Source: Octopus vulgaris
Taxonomy: Eukaryota
Length of the DNA: 64,000 bases
Assembly: GCA_951406725.2 (NCBI GenBank)
Contig: OX597817.1
Span: 89,218,001 to 89,282,000, forward strand
Reading direction: 5' to 3'
The notes under the pieces are model-generated. The model was not told the origin of the DNA. It searched no databases and saw nothing but the letters and a program-made list of their open reading frames with translations. Of the stretch, positions 1-13,168 are shown in pieces. A program made the position numbers and the translations under genes. Every line of letters begins with the position of its first letter. Position 1 is the stretch's first letter.

Positions 1-1160
1 TTCTTTTGTCAACACCCACTGAGTGATGACCTGGGCATGCCGTGGTTGATGATGCGCAGATATGCGCTGAGGCCACGACACCTCCAGTGCTTTATTGACA
101 GTGGTCGTCGTTCGCCAAACGTATTTCCGCAGCTAGTTTCTTTAACGGAGCTGCAGTCTTAGGTAAAACAAAGATCGGGTGGGGAGCATTGGGAAAGTGG
201 AATGTCTTCAAGCGCTCACAGCCCTCAGCCAATCAGACACTGCGATAGGTGGGACTTCCACTCTAGCTTTTTATAGAGGATTAGTAGACGAAAAATGCAA
301 CGATGTTCTTATGGCGTCGAAGAAGATCAAACTGGCTGCTCTTTTCCGGAGAACTTTCGGCTCGGGAAAATTTCCAAAAATCTCTGGCCTGGCAATGTTA
401 CCGGGGAGCTTTGCCTGTTTGAGATAAACTTTACAGGCACAGAAGTACCTTTACAGGCACAGAAGTACCTTTACAGGCACAGAAGCGAGCATGTCCTAGA
501 TGCGTGCAGGAGACGGTCCTGTGTGCACTCGTCCAGTAGCCGAGCATTGCTGACCTATGAGTTTATGTCGAACAACTGCTGTCGCATGTGGAACGGATCC
601 GACTGTCAACTGACTCCATTGTGAAGATCACCCCGCTGCCTTCCTTTAAGCGGGAAGGAAAGGCTGTGTTTATATACCTGGTGGCTCTGGCAAAAGAGAT
701 TGCATGCTGGACGAGATTGAGGGGCTGAAGACAAACACTTTTCACTTCGGCTAATTCATGATCAACTTGAATAAGAAAATAAGAGCAAAGAGAGAAGTGT
801 TGTCTTCTGGCCAGTTTGCTGAAAGGTAGTTGAAAGTGGCGAGAATGGTGCGAGTGAACGGCCCTGCCCTGAGCATGCCTATAGTTGGAAAAAGGAGGAA
901 AGAAAAAAAGGCACCTGCCCCAAAGGTCAGGGTACCCATGATTTTTTTATGTGTTTTTTCCATGAGCAGCCCTTGAACTTCTCCCTATCCAAGGCTATAT
1001 ATTGTTGATTTCTTTTTTAAAAAATAATTTTGTTTAGTCACGTTTACACGCAAAACTCACAACACCCACTCACACACATACACATACATCTTTGTGTTGT
1101 CCTGTAGTGTCTATAATGGTTTTCTTAATGTGAACACATGTAATTAATAAAGAAATCATT
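1..1160 (+). mobile_element. L1/Tx1-like LINE, degenerate ORF2 C-terminus plus 3' UTR
   Basis: Across stops and frameshifts the + strand reads SLAWQCYRGALPV*DKLYRH..CPRCVQETVLCALVQ*PSIADL*VYVEQLL..LVALAKEIACWTR. This matches the zf-RVT-type C-terminus of L1/Tx1 ORF2. It ends in AATAAAGAAATCATT near 1146. Confidence 0.75.
429..485 (+). repeat. 20-bp tandem repeat, about 2.9 copies (CTTTACAGGCACAGAAGTAC)
   Basis: Directly visible; it disrupts the LINE reading frame. Confidence 0.95.
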
Positions 1161-1178
1161 ATTATTAGTACTTTTATT

Positions 1179-1575
1179 GAATGAGAGAGCAGTGCATGCC
1201 ATCAAAGTGAAACTGGGGTAAAATATACGAAGCCCAGTATAACCGTTATGACTACCCGTCTGATAAGGGTACACCAGACACATGCATCACAACCATGTGT
1301 GTGCGACATGGTGATCTCATATCAAGATTAACAGGTGGGGCCCAGTTAGAATTTTCTTCAGGTTGAATAGCCCACCCCACTCAAAAGGTCCCAGATTAAG
1401 GGTTGTTTAAGGATGTTGAACGAAACACTCATGTTTCTAGAGGTAAAATATTCAAACCCCAAAGAATTCCTCTCAACACATGGCTATGATACTTCCCCAC
1501 TACTTCTGCTTGTGATCAGAGATGCACGTATCGTCAGTCACCAAGGGACGGGCATGCTCAATTGGTTAAGGTCAA
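1179..1575 (-). mobile_element. (AAT)n-tailed non-coding interspersed element, 5'-truncated copy A
   Basis: Reverse complement of the 3' part of 9869-10422. Confidence 0.9.
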
Positions 1576-1657
1576 GATGGGTAGTCTTGATGGGTATACT
1601 GGGCTTCGTATATTTGTACCCCAGTGTCACATTGACGGCACGCGCTGCTCTCTCACT
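1576..1657 (+). mobile_element. (AAT)n-tailed element, 3' tip, copy B
   Basis: Matches the last ~80 bp of 9869-10422 and is followed by (AAT)n. Confidence 0.9.
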
Positions 1658-1658
1658 A

Positions 1659-1788
<130 letters not shown>

Positions 1789-1789
1789 C

Positions 1790-3186
1790 AGTGAGAGAGC
1801 AGCGCATGACATCAAAGTGGCAATGGGGTACAAAAAAAAGTAGCCCACTATACCCATCATGACTAACCGTCTGATAAGGGTACACCAGGCACATGCATCA
1901 CAACCATATGTGCGCGACATGGTGATCTCATATCAAGATAAACAGCACATGCCCTTGCAGATGGGGTCCAGTTAGAATTTTTTTCAGGTCGAGTAGCCCA
2001 TCCCGCTTAAAAGTCCCTGAATAAGGGTTTTTTAAGGATGTTGAACGAAACACCCATGTTTCTAGAGGTGAATTATCCAAACCCCAAAGAATTCCTCTCA
2101 ACACATGGTTATCATGCTCCCCCAGTACTTCTGCTCGTGATCAGAAGTGCACATATTGTCAGCCAGTAAAGGACATGCTCAACTGGTTATGGTCGAACAA
2201 CTGTCAAGTAAATCTCTGGTATTGAGCAGAATATTTGCTGTAGCCCATCTTTTATACCAAGACAAAACAATGTACATGATAACACTTCCAAATTTGGAAG
2301 TGGTCTAACGATTGGGACCTGTGTCTGAACGTGTCAAAGTGCTGTCATCTGCCTGTCGGCTCTACTCCTGCAACTCAACTTGATTTCGAGCCGGGTCGTC
2401 TGCTGCTGGAGAGGACCGATCAGGTAAAGGACCTGGGTATCTTGGTGGATTCCTCCTTTTCGCCTTCGGCCCAGTGCGTCCATGCTGCCAACAAAGCGCG
2501 CGGAATTCTGTTTTTAATTCGACGGTCATTCGGAATGCTCACAGCAGCCATATTCCTGCCACTCTATGTCACGCTGGTGAGACCCATATTGGAGTATGGG
2601 ATTCAAGCCTCTTCTCCTTATCTCCTCAAAGACATACAGCACCTCGAAAGAGTCCAGAGGCTGGCTACCCGCATGGTTCATGGTCTCAAAAATTTGTCCT
2701 ACGAAGAAAGGCTGAGGACGCTCGACCTTTATTCTCTTGAAAAACGCCGCCGCCATGGTGATCTCATTCTCGCCCACAACATCATAAGCGGGAAGTGTAA
2801 CCTCTCGAAAGAGCTGTTCTTCACTCCTGCTCCGGAGCGTCGGCTGCGGGGTCATTCCGAAAAGCTCTACCTGCGACGATTTCATCTCAATCGAAGGAGA
2901 GGAGCTTTCTCCGTCCGGGTTGCGGATCCGTGGAACAAGCTGCCAGACGAGATGGTGAAGATGCCGACGACCGCTTTGTTCAAAGCCTCCCTGGACCTCA
3001 AGTGGCCTGAACTCTTTACATGAACACCACCCTGTACTTAACTCCATGTCCCCCTACATGGCCTTGCTATTTGCTTTTGAGCCAAATTAACTAACTAACT
3101 AACTAACTTCAAATCAGTTAAGATGAGAAGCCATGAGAGTCACTGCCTGATATTGCATCAGGACATAGTACTGCATCAGGGCATTT
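1790..3186 (-). mobile_element. (AAT)n-tailed element, full-length copy C, interrupted by a CR1 LINE
   Basis: 1790-2293 plus 3106-3186 reconstitute the reverse complement of 9869-10422. Confidence 0.9.
2291..3107 (+). mobile_element. 5'-truncated CR1-clade LINE (RT C-terminus, ORF 2331-3023) with (TAAC)n tail
   Basis: Motifs WKWSNDWDLCLNVSKC, VKDLGILVD, LYVTLVRPILEY, LERVQRLATRMV, SYEERL, RGHSEKL and FSVRVADPWNKLP. The 3' tail is CTAACTAAC, and there is an approximate TSD ACTTC(C)AAAT. Confidence 0.93.
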
Positions 3187-3416
3187 CTTCTTCTTCTTCT
3201 TCTTCTTCTTCTTCTTCTTCTTCTTCTTCTTCTTCTCCTCCCCCTCCCCCTCATCCTCCTCCTCCTTCTTCTTCTTCATCTTCTTCTTCTTCTTCTCCTC
3301 CCCCTCCCCCTCATCCTCCTCCTCCTTCTTCTTCTTCATCTTCTTCTTCTTCTTCTTCTTCTCCTCCTCCTCCCCTCCTCCTCCTCTTCCTCCTCCTTCT
3401 TCTTCTTCTTCTTCTT

Positions 3417-3502
<86 letters not shown>

Positions 3503-3512
3503 CATCATCATC
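3186..3512. repeat. Compound triplet microsatellite (TTC/CCT/ATC) with a 60-bp higher-order duplication
   Basis: The lines starting at 3241 and 3301 are nearly identical. Confidence 0.9.
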
Positions 3513-4014
3513 AACATAATCTTCATTATCATGTTGCTATTTTGGGGGAACAGTTAAGCTCCCAAATCGGTCATAAGTATTTTAAGACCTTGGCAATTTT
3601 GTATTGAGTATAAAATTATGGGGAATTATACATTGTTGGTCTTGTGTGGTGGTCAGTATAATAGATGCCGACATTACTGCTGCAATTTCATGTTTTAGAG
3701 TTATATGTCGTTAGGCGCTTATTTATGTTTGCCTGTCTTATTTACTATAAAGTGACGCACCAATATCACTTCATCAAATGGATGAGACAATGATGGTCTA
3801 AAAACATTTTGGAAATTCAAACACTTAAAATATAACCAGTATATAGTCATGTTGTAATTATATATTTAAAGGGAAAATTGTTTTACATACATGTATGCGT
3901 ACATTCATGTATACATACGTGCATACATACGTACGTACGTACATACATACGTATGTCATTATTCAGTTTTATATCATGAAATCTTGAAATAAAACTGAAT
4001 AATGACATACTTAC

Positions 4015-4330
4015 ATACATTCAATTGCCCTCTGGACACGAATTTGATTAGAGAAAGACAAAAGGAAGAGAACATATATGGACCTTTGGTAAGGAATTTG
4101 CAAATCCACTTCACAAGATACACTTTCAGCTTCATACCTATTATTATTGGAGCAACAGGTTACATACCAACCTGCCTGGAACAAGGCATGACTGAATCCT
4201 TAATTCATATGCTACAAACGATCATGAAATCTGCGACTATAAAAATCTGCAAGACTTAAATTGATGGTTAAAAGAAGATACATTCCTTCGCAGCCTTGCT
4301 ACCAAGTCGGTGGCTGGTCAAAATTTACTC
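4015..4330 (+). mobile_element. R4/Dong-like REL LINE C-terminal fragment flanked by (TACA)n
   Basis: NCPLDTNL..KEENIYGPLVRNLQ..YTFSFIPIIIGATGYIP..TIKICKT parallels the C-terminus of ORF 51640-52482. Confidence 0.8.
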
Positions 4331-4489
4331 AAAAGTTAGAGAAAGAGAGCATACATACATACATATACATACATACATACATACATACATACATACATAC
4401 ATACATACATACATACATACAGTGAGAGAGTGTATGGGAGAGAAAAAGAAAGGAAAGGGAATATTGTAAAGATGGTTATACATATCAAC

Positions 4490-4760
4490 TATATGATCTT
4501 ACAAATATCGCTGAGGAAAACGTCCTGCTTACATAATACTAAATCTTCTCTTAATAGATCAAGAGGTGATCGAGTATGTTCGAGCAGGTCTTCATCTACT
4601 GCGTCTCCTGTGAGTTGGTTCCCACAATAATAGCTTGTGCATAACTTCCTGCTTACTTCTCCAGCAATGTTCTGCGAACCGTAACCGCCTATGAGCAATT
4701 GTAGTTATGTTGGGCAATTTTCCATATAAACATCCATTTGAAATACATTGACACCAGAAA
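4490..4760 (-). mobile_element. RTE-like LINE C-terminal fragment
   Basis: LYGKLPNITTIAHRRLRFAEHCWRSKQEVMHKLLLWEPTHRRRSR*RPARTY matches the RTE C-terminal pattern RRLRFAGHCWR..LLLW.P..G.R..GRP..TY. Confidence 0.8.
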
Positions 4761-5049
4761 AACAAACCATAACAAAACAACTACATAGTTTAAACTGTAC
4801 ATAAAGTACTGAGTCATCTTTTATTTCGCTTAAGTACATTGACTGTGTTGTTCACGGATACTACACAGAGAATTACCCCACACTGTGATATTTATTTACA
4901 GTGCGTTCGTCACCGTACAATTATTTGTATCACATTGTAGTAGCTTCTTGAAGCAAGGTTGAGGGGATTGTTGTCTCTTAAGTGTGTTGATCATGGACAT
5001 ACATGTGTGAAATATACCCAGGGTCGGTGCTAGGTCCCACATTAAAGGA

Positions 5050-5500
5050 TTGTCGGTAGGGCTCTCTATTCAACAAAAGCTGAAGATTGATTTTTTATGC
5101 GTTGTGTAGTATGTCAATTCCAATCAAAAAAGCGTTGAGGGCTTGAGGCTCCACTATCAGCCACAATGATGTATTAAAAATTCATCATAAAGTCTTTCTC
5201 TCGAGCGTGTGCGCGGGACCCTCTCTTGGCGCAGGATCCAATTTGAACATATCGACCTAAATGGCTTAAAACTGGCCCTGAATACACCACATTGTAGCAC
5301 CTACGTATAATTAGATAGACTGGGCTACTAAAAGTAACGTGTCTTGGTCATGGATATAAACTGTGAATTTTACCATACGGTGGAATCTGCTTCCAGCTCA
5401 GTAGATTTACTGTTAAACAGTTGTCTTTATCATGGACAGTGCACGGTGATAGAACGAGGACGAGGGCTTGAACTTCGGTTTGCTTGACTTGCTGTTTGGT
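5050..5500 (-). mobile_element. Possible degraded LTR-retrotransposon gag/protease remnant
   Basis: Frameshifted FYHRALS/HDKDNC (zinc-knuckle-like) upstream of LIVEPQALNAFLIGIDILH (protease C-terminal-like). Weak. Confidence 0.3.
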
Positions 5501-5842
5501 GCTTTAGCGGTCAATTTAGTTCAGTTTCCTTCGTATTCAAAGTTATATTAGGAGAACGCAGATGAACACTGGTAGCGGATGGTTAAGTAATGATCGAGTC
5601 AAGGACAAATAGATAGAGGTGAGGGAAAGAGAGAGAGGGGGGGAGAGAGAAATTGAAAGAGAAAGAGAGAGAGGAAGAAAGGGAAAGAGAAAAAGAGAGC
5701 GAAAGAAAGAGAAAGTAACACAAAGAGAGAGAGAGAGAGAGAAAAAGAGATAGAAAAATGAGAAACAGAGACAGACATAAAGGAGAGAATGAGATAAGTC
5801 ATATTGTGTGTGTGTGTCCGTGTGTATTTGAGGGAGAGAGAT

Positions 5843-5881
<39 letters not shown>

Positions 5882-6088
5882 GAGAGAAAAAAGAGAAAGT
5901 GAAAGGGAGAGACAAGCTAACTGACAAACAGGAAGACAATGAGAAAAGAGAATTAATGGAAATAACATTCAGTCTGTGTGTCTGAGTGTGCAAGTGTGTA
6001 CGTGTGTGCATGTAGGCACATGCATACATACATACATACATGCATGCATACATACATACATACATACATACATACATACATACATACA

Positions 6089-6119
<31 letters not shown>

Positions 6120-6162
6120 GTATATGTATGTATATATACACACATATATATGTATACGTGTA

Positions 6163-6199
<37 letters not shown>

Positions 6200-6637
6200 T
6201 CATATATATCTATACACACACACACACACGCATATACACACACGCGTATACACACACGCACACACGTACACGCATGTATACATACATGCATTCAGATATG
6301 GTCACAGACCTCCTCCCTAATGAATAACTTTTTTTCAGAAATCTTATCCAAGAAAGCATCTCTTTGTCATGCCAACTGCCATTATTTTCTTGAAGCAATC
6401 TGTTGTAGATAAAGACTGCAAACCTGAAGAATCACTCATTTCCAAGAATGGTCGCTTCATGTGACTACATCCATCATGACAGTTTCCATCAATTTACGGT
6501 ACCTTGGTAACGGGCAGTTTCTATGTAGCTGACATCCATTGGTTGTCATTGCAACCGGAAATCGTGGCCTTCTGAAGGGCACACATGCACGCGCACGTAC
6601 ACATATTACATAGATACATATGCATGCTGACACACAG

Positions 6638-6668
<31 letters not shown>

Positions 6669-6871
6669 TACATGCACTTATAACACATCATACACGTGTA
6701 AACAGTATATAAGCTCACACGTACAACATCGTTCGTGTATTTATTTACATATACATCAGTTTTGATCCACACACACAGTATATATAGACAGACAAACAGG
6801 CAGACAGACTGATAGATAGATAAATGCGTATATATAAAATTAAACATCTACACACAAACTTACGCATACTG

Positions 6872-6941
<70 letters not shown>

Positions 6942-7562
6942 TTATATATTTTTATATATATATATCCATCCAGCCGTATGTACACGCACACAACATACAC
7001 ACGCACATACGCACACATACACACACACACATGCTTACGTATATGCAATGCAAGCCAATACCCACTTGTAAACAAAACATGTATAATCACGCACACACAC
7101 ACATACACAAATGTGCGCGCGCACACACTCATACACGCGCGCGCGTAGAAATATATGCCAATGTGCAAGGTTTCTTGCGTCAATTTAGTCTATGTCAACC
7201 TGCTCTCAACCCTACTGTTGTTACTATTATTATATGTTTTCTCTGTCAGTATATATACTTTTCTTCTCAATGTCCTTTGTCCTCCAATCAAGTTCAACTA
7301 AGTACAAAACAACCTTAGCACTGTCGTTCGTTCGACTAGAAGTAGCAGTTAAATCTCTATCAAAACATCTTACTCAGTCTACAAGAAATAACACCCAAAC
7401 CTCCTCAAATTTCCCCCCACATCTCCGACGAAGGCTGTATTAGATAATGTGAATTTTGAGTTCCCTGGACTTAGATGAAGCACCGCATGGTCACAATTGG
7501 AATACTTTGATCATTGGCCTGTTGGATGAAATCTGACTTGGGACTAACACACACACACACAC

Positions 7563-7631
<69 letters not shown>

Positions 7632-7690
7632 TGCAAGTGAGTGGACAAACGAAAGAAGGGCATTCAATCAATTATTGGGAGTTACATGTA

Positions 7691-7843
7691 TGGATCAAAA
7701 CAGTTTGTTTCAAATTCGTTGGTACTCGAGTTTCAAGCGTGATGCTAGTCGTCAGCATTCAAATTCAAAATGGCTGACGACTAGCATCACGCTTGAAACT
7801 TCTCAAGTGTACCAACGAATTTGAATCAAACTGTTTTGATCCA
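7691..7843. mobile_element. MITE-like hairpin with ~65 bp inverted arms and GGATC termini
   Basis: TGGATCAAAACAGTTTG..GCGTGATGCTAGTCGTCAGC pairs with GCTGACGACTAGCATCACGC..CAAACTGTTTTGATCCA. Confidence 0.85.
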
Positions 7844-9715
7844 CACACACAGTATATATAGACAGACAAACAGACACACAGGCAGACAGTCAGACAGACA
7901 TACATACATACAGACAGATAGACAGACAGATAGATAGATAGATCGATAGATAGATAGATATGTAAGTTCGAATCAGCATATCTAATGTAGCGAGCAAAAA
8001 ACTGTTAATTAGAAGTAATTATACAGTGAGGAAGAAAGAATTAAGAGCCAAGGTTACTTTGATTTTTTTTAGCATGTGTGAAGCAACTTGGGATCTCTTT
8101 CTGTCTTATGATGACCTCATTTTATTGGTCTTTCTGTTTGCTAATACTCTTGTTAATGCCTCTTAGACGTCGGGTAAAACACCATAGTTTAGTGATGACC
8201 ATATTATTTTCGCATTGACTATATTAATTATAATTCTAACGCTGTTAATACTTCTGCGACATGTGGTGATAAAAAAATTCTTTCACTCATGAATAAAAAA
8301 AAAAAAACTTTAAAAAAATCAACAATTTCAAAATGATTATTATCTCTTTATTTCAGTCTTAGATCTATCGATATCTTGAATAAGTTTAACTGTCTGGTAT
8401 ACCACATCTCTTCATACAATTCTTTTGTCCTTATCGAATCGTAGTTAACTCCATTTGAATTTTAATCGCTTTTTATTGAATTTATTAACCAATTATAAAT
8501 TGGTATAAAGTTCTACTAGTGATGTCTTAGTATTTTGTAAACCCCACCCCACCAAAAAAAAAACAAAACACTTTTCCAATGTGATACATCTTCCAGTCGT
8601 GCGGTCTACATCGGTTTTCCAAACTGAAAAATTGCACGAATGTGCAATTGATAGTGAGCCTAGTTTTTTCCACACTCGGTTTTCCTTAACGGAAATTATG
8701 AAGACTTTTCTTGAAGATTTATGTTTACTTTGAGACACATTATGATTGAAGAACCCAATCTTACAGCTAAAGCAATTTTATAATTTACTTGTAACTCATT
8801 ATTCTTGGGGAAAATTTACGCTAATTAATGTCTGAAACTACTTTCAAATGTGGATAGTTACTGGACATCATTTTTTCATCAACACATTTGTAATTAGCAG
8901 TAATAACACCAAATGTTCCTTCTTTGGGAAATTCTGACTTCTTTGGCCCAATTCTCATTTAAATCCATGGAAATCCATACAGTCATAATTGTCCTGGGCA
9001 AGGCATTAAACTGCATCCGGTGGGGGTGGGGATCCAGATCGAGAGTTCAGGAGTTTTGGAGAGTATTGAGTTGCCTCCTAGTCGCCACTACTCCAATGTT
9101 CCTTCTGGTCTGGAGTATTTGAACCTGTTGAAGATCTCAGTCAGAGATCAAACAGCTGAAGACTCTCCTGTGACTATGGCGTAAAAAGCTTGCAGGAATG
9201 CATGCCTCAAGATATATATCCCACTGGCCGACCACTGTGTGGACATATATTAATGTTACGTGAACTATTCCCCCTGTCTAGGGGTTTAAAAGGCTCTGTA
9301 CGTCAACGGTAAATTTGGAAGAACATGAGATCAGAAGAGTAAACTGTAAATAAACTGGTAGAAGGCAACAAGAGGCCAGTACAGCATATTTCCCAAGGGA
9401 AGACACACACACACACATACAGAGAGAGAGAGAGAGAGAGTTATATATAGAGAGAAAGAGAGAGAGGTGGGGTAATGATAATGATATCACATATAATTTC
9501 CATAAAGTTAATTCTAATGCTATTATTATTTACATGGTGGAATAATAAAATTATATCACATTTACGTGTTCCAAGATAGAGGCTTAGATTCTCGAAATAC
9601 AAACAAGGTAATCATAAATCAACATTTTTGTACGTGAAAAGGAATCTTCTTTGAAAATTAAACCATCTACCCCTAACACACGAAACAACAACATATAATA
9701 ATAATGATGATGATT

Positions 9716-9765
<50 letters not shown>

Positions 9766-9830
9766 TGATGATGATGATGATGATGATGAGGATGATGATG
9801 ATGATGATGATAATAATAATAATAATAATA

Positions 9831-9868
<38 letters not shown>

Positions 9869-10422
9869 GTGCCCTGATGCAGTACCAGGCAGTGGCTCAT
9901 GTGGCTTCTGATCTTAACTGATTGCATGTGTTATCATGTACATTGTTTTGTCTTGGTATAAAAGATGGGCTACAGCAAATATTCTGCTCAATACCACAAA
10001 TTTGCTTGTCAGTTGTTTGACTTTAACCAGTTGAGCATGCCCCTTAGTAGCTGATACTATGTGCATCTCTGATCATGAGCAGAAATAGTGGGGGAGCATC
10101 ATAGCCATGTGTTGAGAGGGATTTTTTAGGGTTTGAATAATTCACCTCTGGAAACATGAGTGTTTCGTTCAACATCCTTAAACAACCCTTTTCAGGGACC
10201 TTTGAGCGGGATGGGTTACTCGAACAGAAGAAAATTCTAACTGGGCCCTACCTGCAAGGTCATGTGCTGTTTATCTTGATATGAGATCACCGTGTCACGC
10301 ACATATGGTTGTGATGTATGTGCCCAGTGTACCCTTATCAGACGGGTAGTCATGATGTGTATACTGGGCTTCGTATATTTTACCCCAGTGTCACTTTGAT
10401 GGCATGCACTGCTCTCTCACTC
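9869..10422 (+). mobile_element. (AAT)n-tailed non-coding element, full-length copy D
   Basis: About 550 bp, flanked by (AAT)n on both sides, with the same 5' end as copy C. Confidence 0.92.
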
Positions 10423-10505
<83 letters not shown>

Positions 10506-10642
10506 TAATAATAATAATATTTTGATAAACTTTATTCACGCTTAAGAAAGCTCTTAAGAAAAATAAATTTGTATTTTAAAAAGCAAGACCTTTATAAATA
10601 ACTTATAAATAATTCTTTCAACTACATGTACACAGCATGGAA

Positions 10643-10825
10643 TTTTAGGGGAGGGGGATAGTCGATCACATCAATCCCAATGCTCAACTTGTACTTATGT
10701 TATCGACCCCCGGAAGGTAAAAGCAAAGTCGACCACGGGGGAATTTGAATTCAGAACGAAAAGACGGACGAAATGCTGCTAAGCTTGTTGCCCGGCTTGC
10801 TAACGATTCTGCCAGCTCACCGTCT
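10643..10825 (-). mobile_element. tRNA-derived SINE family B
   Basis: Reverse complement of 28413-28643. Confidence 0.85.
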
Positions 10826-11216
10826 TAAGCTCTTATAAATAATGAACTCAAGTGTGATGCATCTCTCTGATTTATAAAATATTGTAACGTATGTGAAGCG
10901 ATAATGTTAAGGATAATAAATACTTTTAACCCTATTGACGCTTGTCTTGTGTTCGCTTAACTCCTCGATGGTATCCTAATAGTATCGCCACGTGTCTTGA
11001 GCATTTCTAGACTTGCCAGTGCCTACTCTTCTTCAGACCTGATTACAGACGATTTATTCTAGAAAGACAGACAGAAATAGTAAGAGAAAGAAAATGATCG
11101 ACTTTCACCTCCCCATGCAAGTACATTATTTATCGACCCCAAAAGGATAAAAGGCAAATTTGACTTCAGCAGCATTTGAACACAGAGAATAGAGAGAGAG
11201 CCAGAATGATTACTCA

Positions 11217-11587
11217 CTTTACTTGTTTCAGTTTTGACTGCGGCCATGCTGGAGCACCGCCTTTAGTCGAGCAAATCGACCCCAGGACTTATTCTTTGTA
11301 AGCCTAGTACTTATTCTATCGGTCTCTTTTGCCGAACCGCCAAGTTAGGGGACGCAAACACACCAGCATCGGTTGTCAAGCGATGTTGGACACACACACA
11401 CACACACATATATATACATATATACGACGGGTTTCTTTCAGTTTCCGTCTACGAAATCCACTCACAAGGCTTTGGTCGGTCCGAGGATATAGTAGAAGAC
11501 ACTTGCCCTAGGTGCCACGCAGTGGGACTGAACCCGGAACCATGTGGTTGGTAAGCAAGCTTTTTACCACACAGCCACTCTTGCGCC
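11217..11587 (-). mobile_element. tRNA-derived SINE family A (internal CA/TA microsatellite)
   Basis: Reverse complement of 37599-38046, including the A/B-box-like head. Confidence 0.9.
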
Positions 11588-13057
11588 TACCGAATTACCG
11601 AAAAAACATTAACAAAGCAATTAATCTGATTCCACCAATTGGTAACTCTTTTCAATACCTGTAACACACATTTCTAACGAAATTTGTTCACAAAATACTA
11701 ATGTGTGACTGAATGCCGTGTTCATTGATGATTATGCTATATTTCATGCTAGCATACACTTAAAAATGAAAATATGTTTTCGGACCAGACAGTTCACTTG
11801 CATTTTTAATGAGTCTTAAATATTCTACTTGAAAAAGTTCTGATCAATAGAATATTACCTGATATTTGGCATGATTGTATGATTACGTACGTTTATAAAA
11901 AGGGCTCCAATTTTAAAGTTTACATCTTTCTTCGCTAACACCTGCTTTTTGTCAATTGTCAGAAGTCCGTTTCCATGAAAACAGGATGCAACGTATAAGT
12001 GACAAGTTAAGAACTTTAAACACGGATTTGGCAAGAAACGTTTTGATAATATAAACAATAGTCAAAAGCTACAATATTATTGTTCCAGAGATCGATCATT
12101 TTCTGATTGTTTCACTTGTTAGTTACTTTGATCTCTCAAAAGAATCTGGCTGTGTCATTCACACTGCATCTTGAGATACTCCAATCGGTATTTAGTATCT
12201 CTCAGAATAATGGTATTTCTTAAAAAAACTGCTTCTCAACAGGTAGTTCACTAAGCTACGAAACGACATATATAACTAATTACACCTGTGACTTCTGGAT
12301 TTTTTCGGTGTAGCGTGTTTAAATCATGACTTTATTTCACATATAAATGGCGTTGAAAAACATGTAAAAAATGTAAACTTAAATATCTAAGTTGGTGATA
12401 TTAAAATACTGATAAATTTTCAAAATATCGCAGACATTATTATTTAAAGACAGTATTATTTAAGTGTGACATTAGCTGACATGAACTTTGGTCGGCTAAC
12501 AGTGCTTGAAAACATTCAACAAATGCGTTGCTATTGTTTTTCTTTCTAAATCTTTTCTATGCGTCACCGTTTACCTCCGTTCACTTCGTTGCCCTTGTGG
12601 AGGCAGGATCAGGTGTGGTTTAACTGCAACATCATTCAGGTACCCAAAAGGCAAAGGAAGGGACTATCACTATTTGGCGAGGCGTACATCTATCTTCTGC
12701 CAAGCAGAAAAACGCACGGTCCCTTTGAATTTTGAGAGTAGCGTCTCCAAGGATGGCCCATATGCTATCTTATTGCACCTTGTGTAGACCTTGTACAGAG
12801 GATAACGAGAGACCCATCAGTTATTGTCGCTTCATATCTGACTCTTTCTCTGTCAGTCATTCTTTCTTCATGTATGTATGTATGTATGTATGTATGTATG
12901 TATGTATGTATGTATGTACGCATGTATGTAGGTATGTATGTATATATGTATGTATGTATTATGTAAGGAGTAGACGGAGCTCCTGTACTTAACAAAGCCG
13001 TAGTGAATGAAATCTAATGGCTTTGCTGGTATACGAGAAAGTAGCCACTACTATGTA

Positions 13058-13168
13058 TGCATTATTCAGTTTATTTCAAGATTTCTTGCTAATAGAGAAA
13101 AAAAACTGGTTTCCAACCTAGATCCAAGGTTCTTTCATTGGAATTTCAACATCAACAACAGGGTATTT
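13058..13168 (-). mobile_element. 3' UTR fragment of the (TACA)n-associated REL LINE
   Basis: Reverse complement of 52590-52700; bordered by TATG repeats. Confidence 0.85.

Noticed and set aside
429-485. Short direct repeats as a possible CRISPR-like array
   Set aside because: There are no spacers; it is a simple tandem duplication inside a LINE in eukaryotic DNA.
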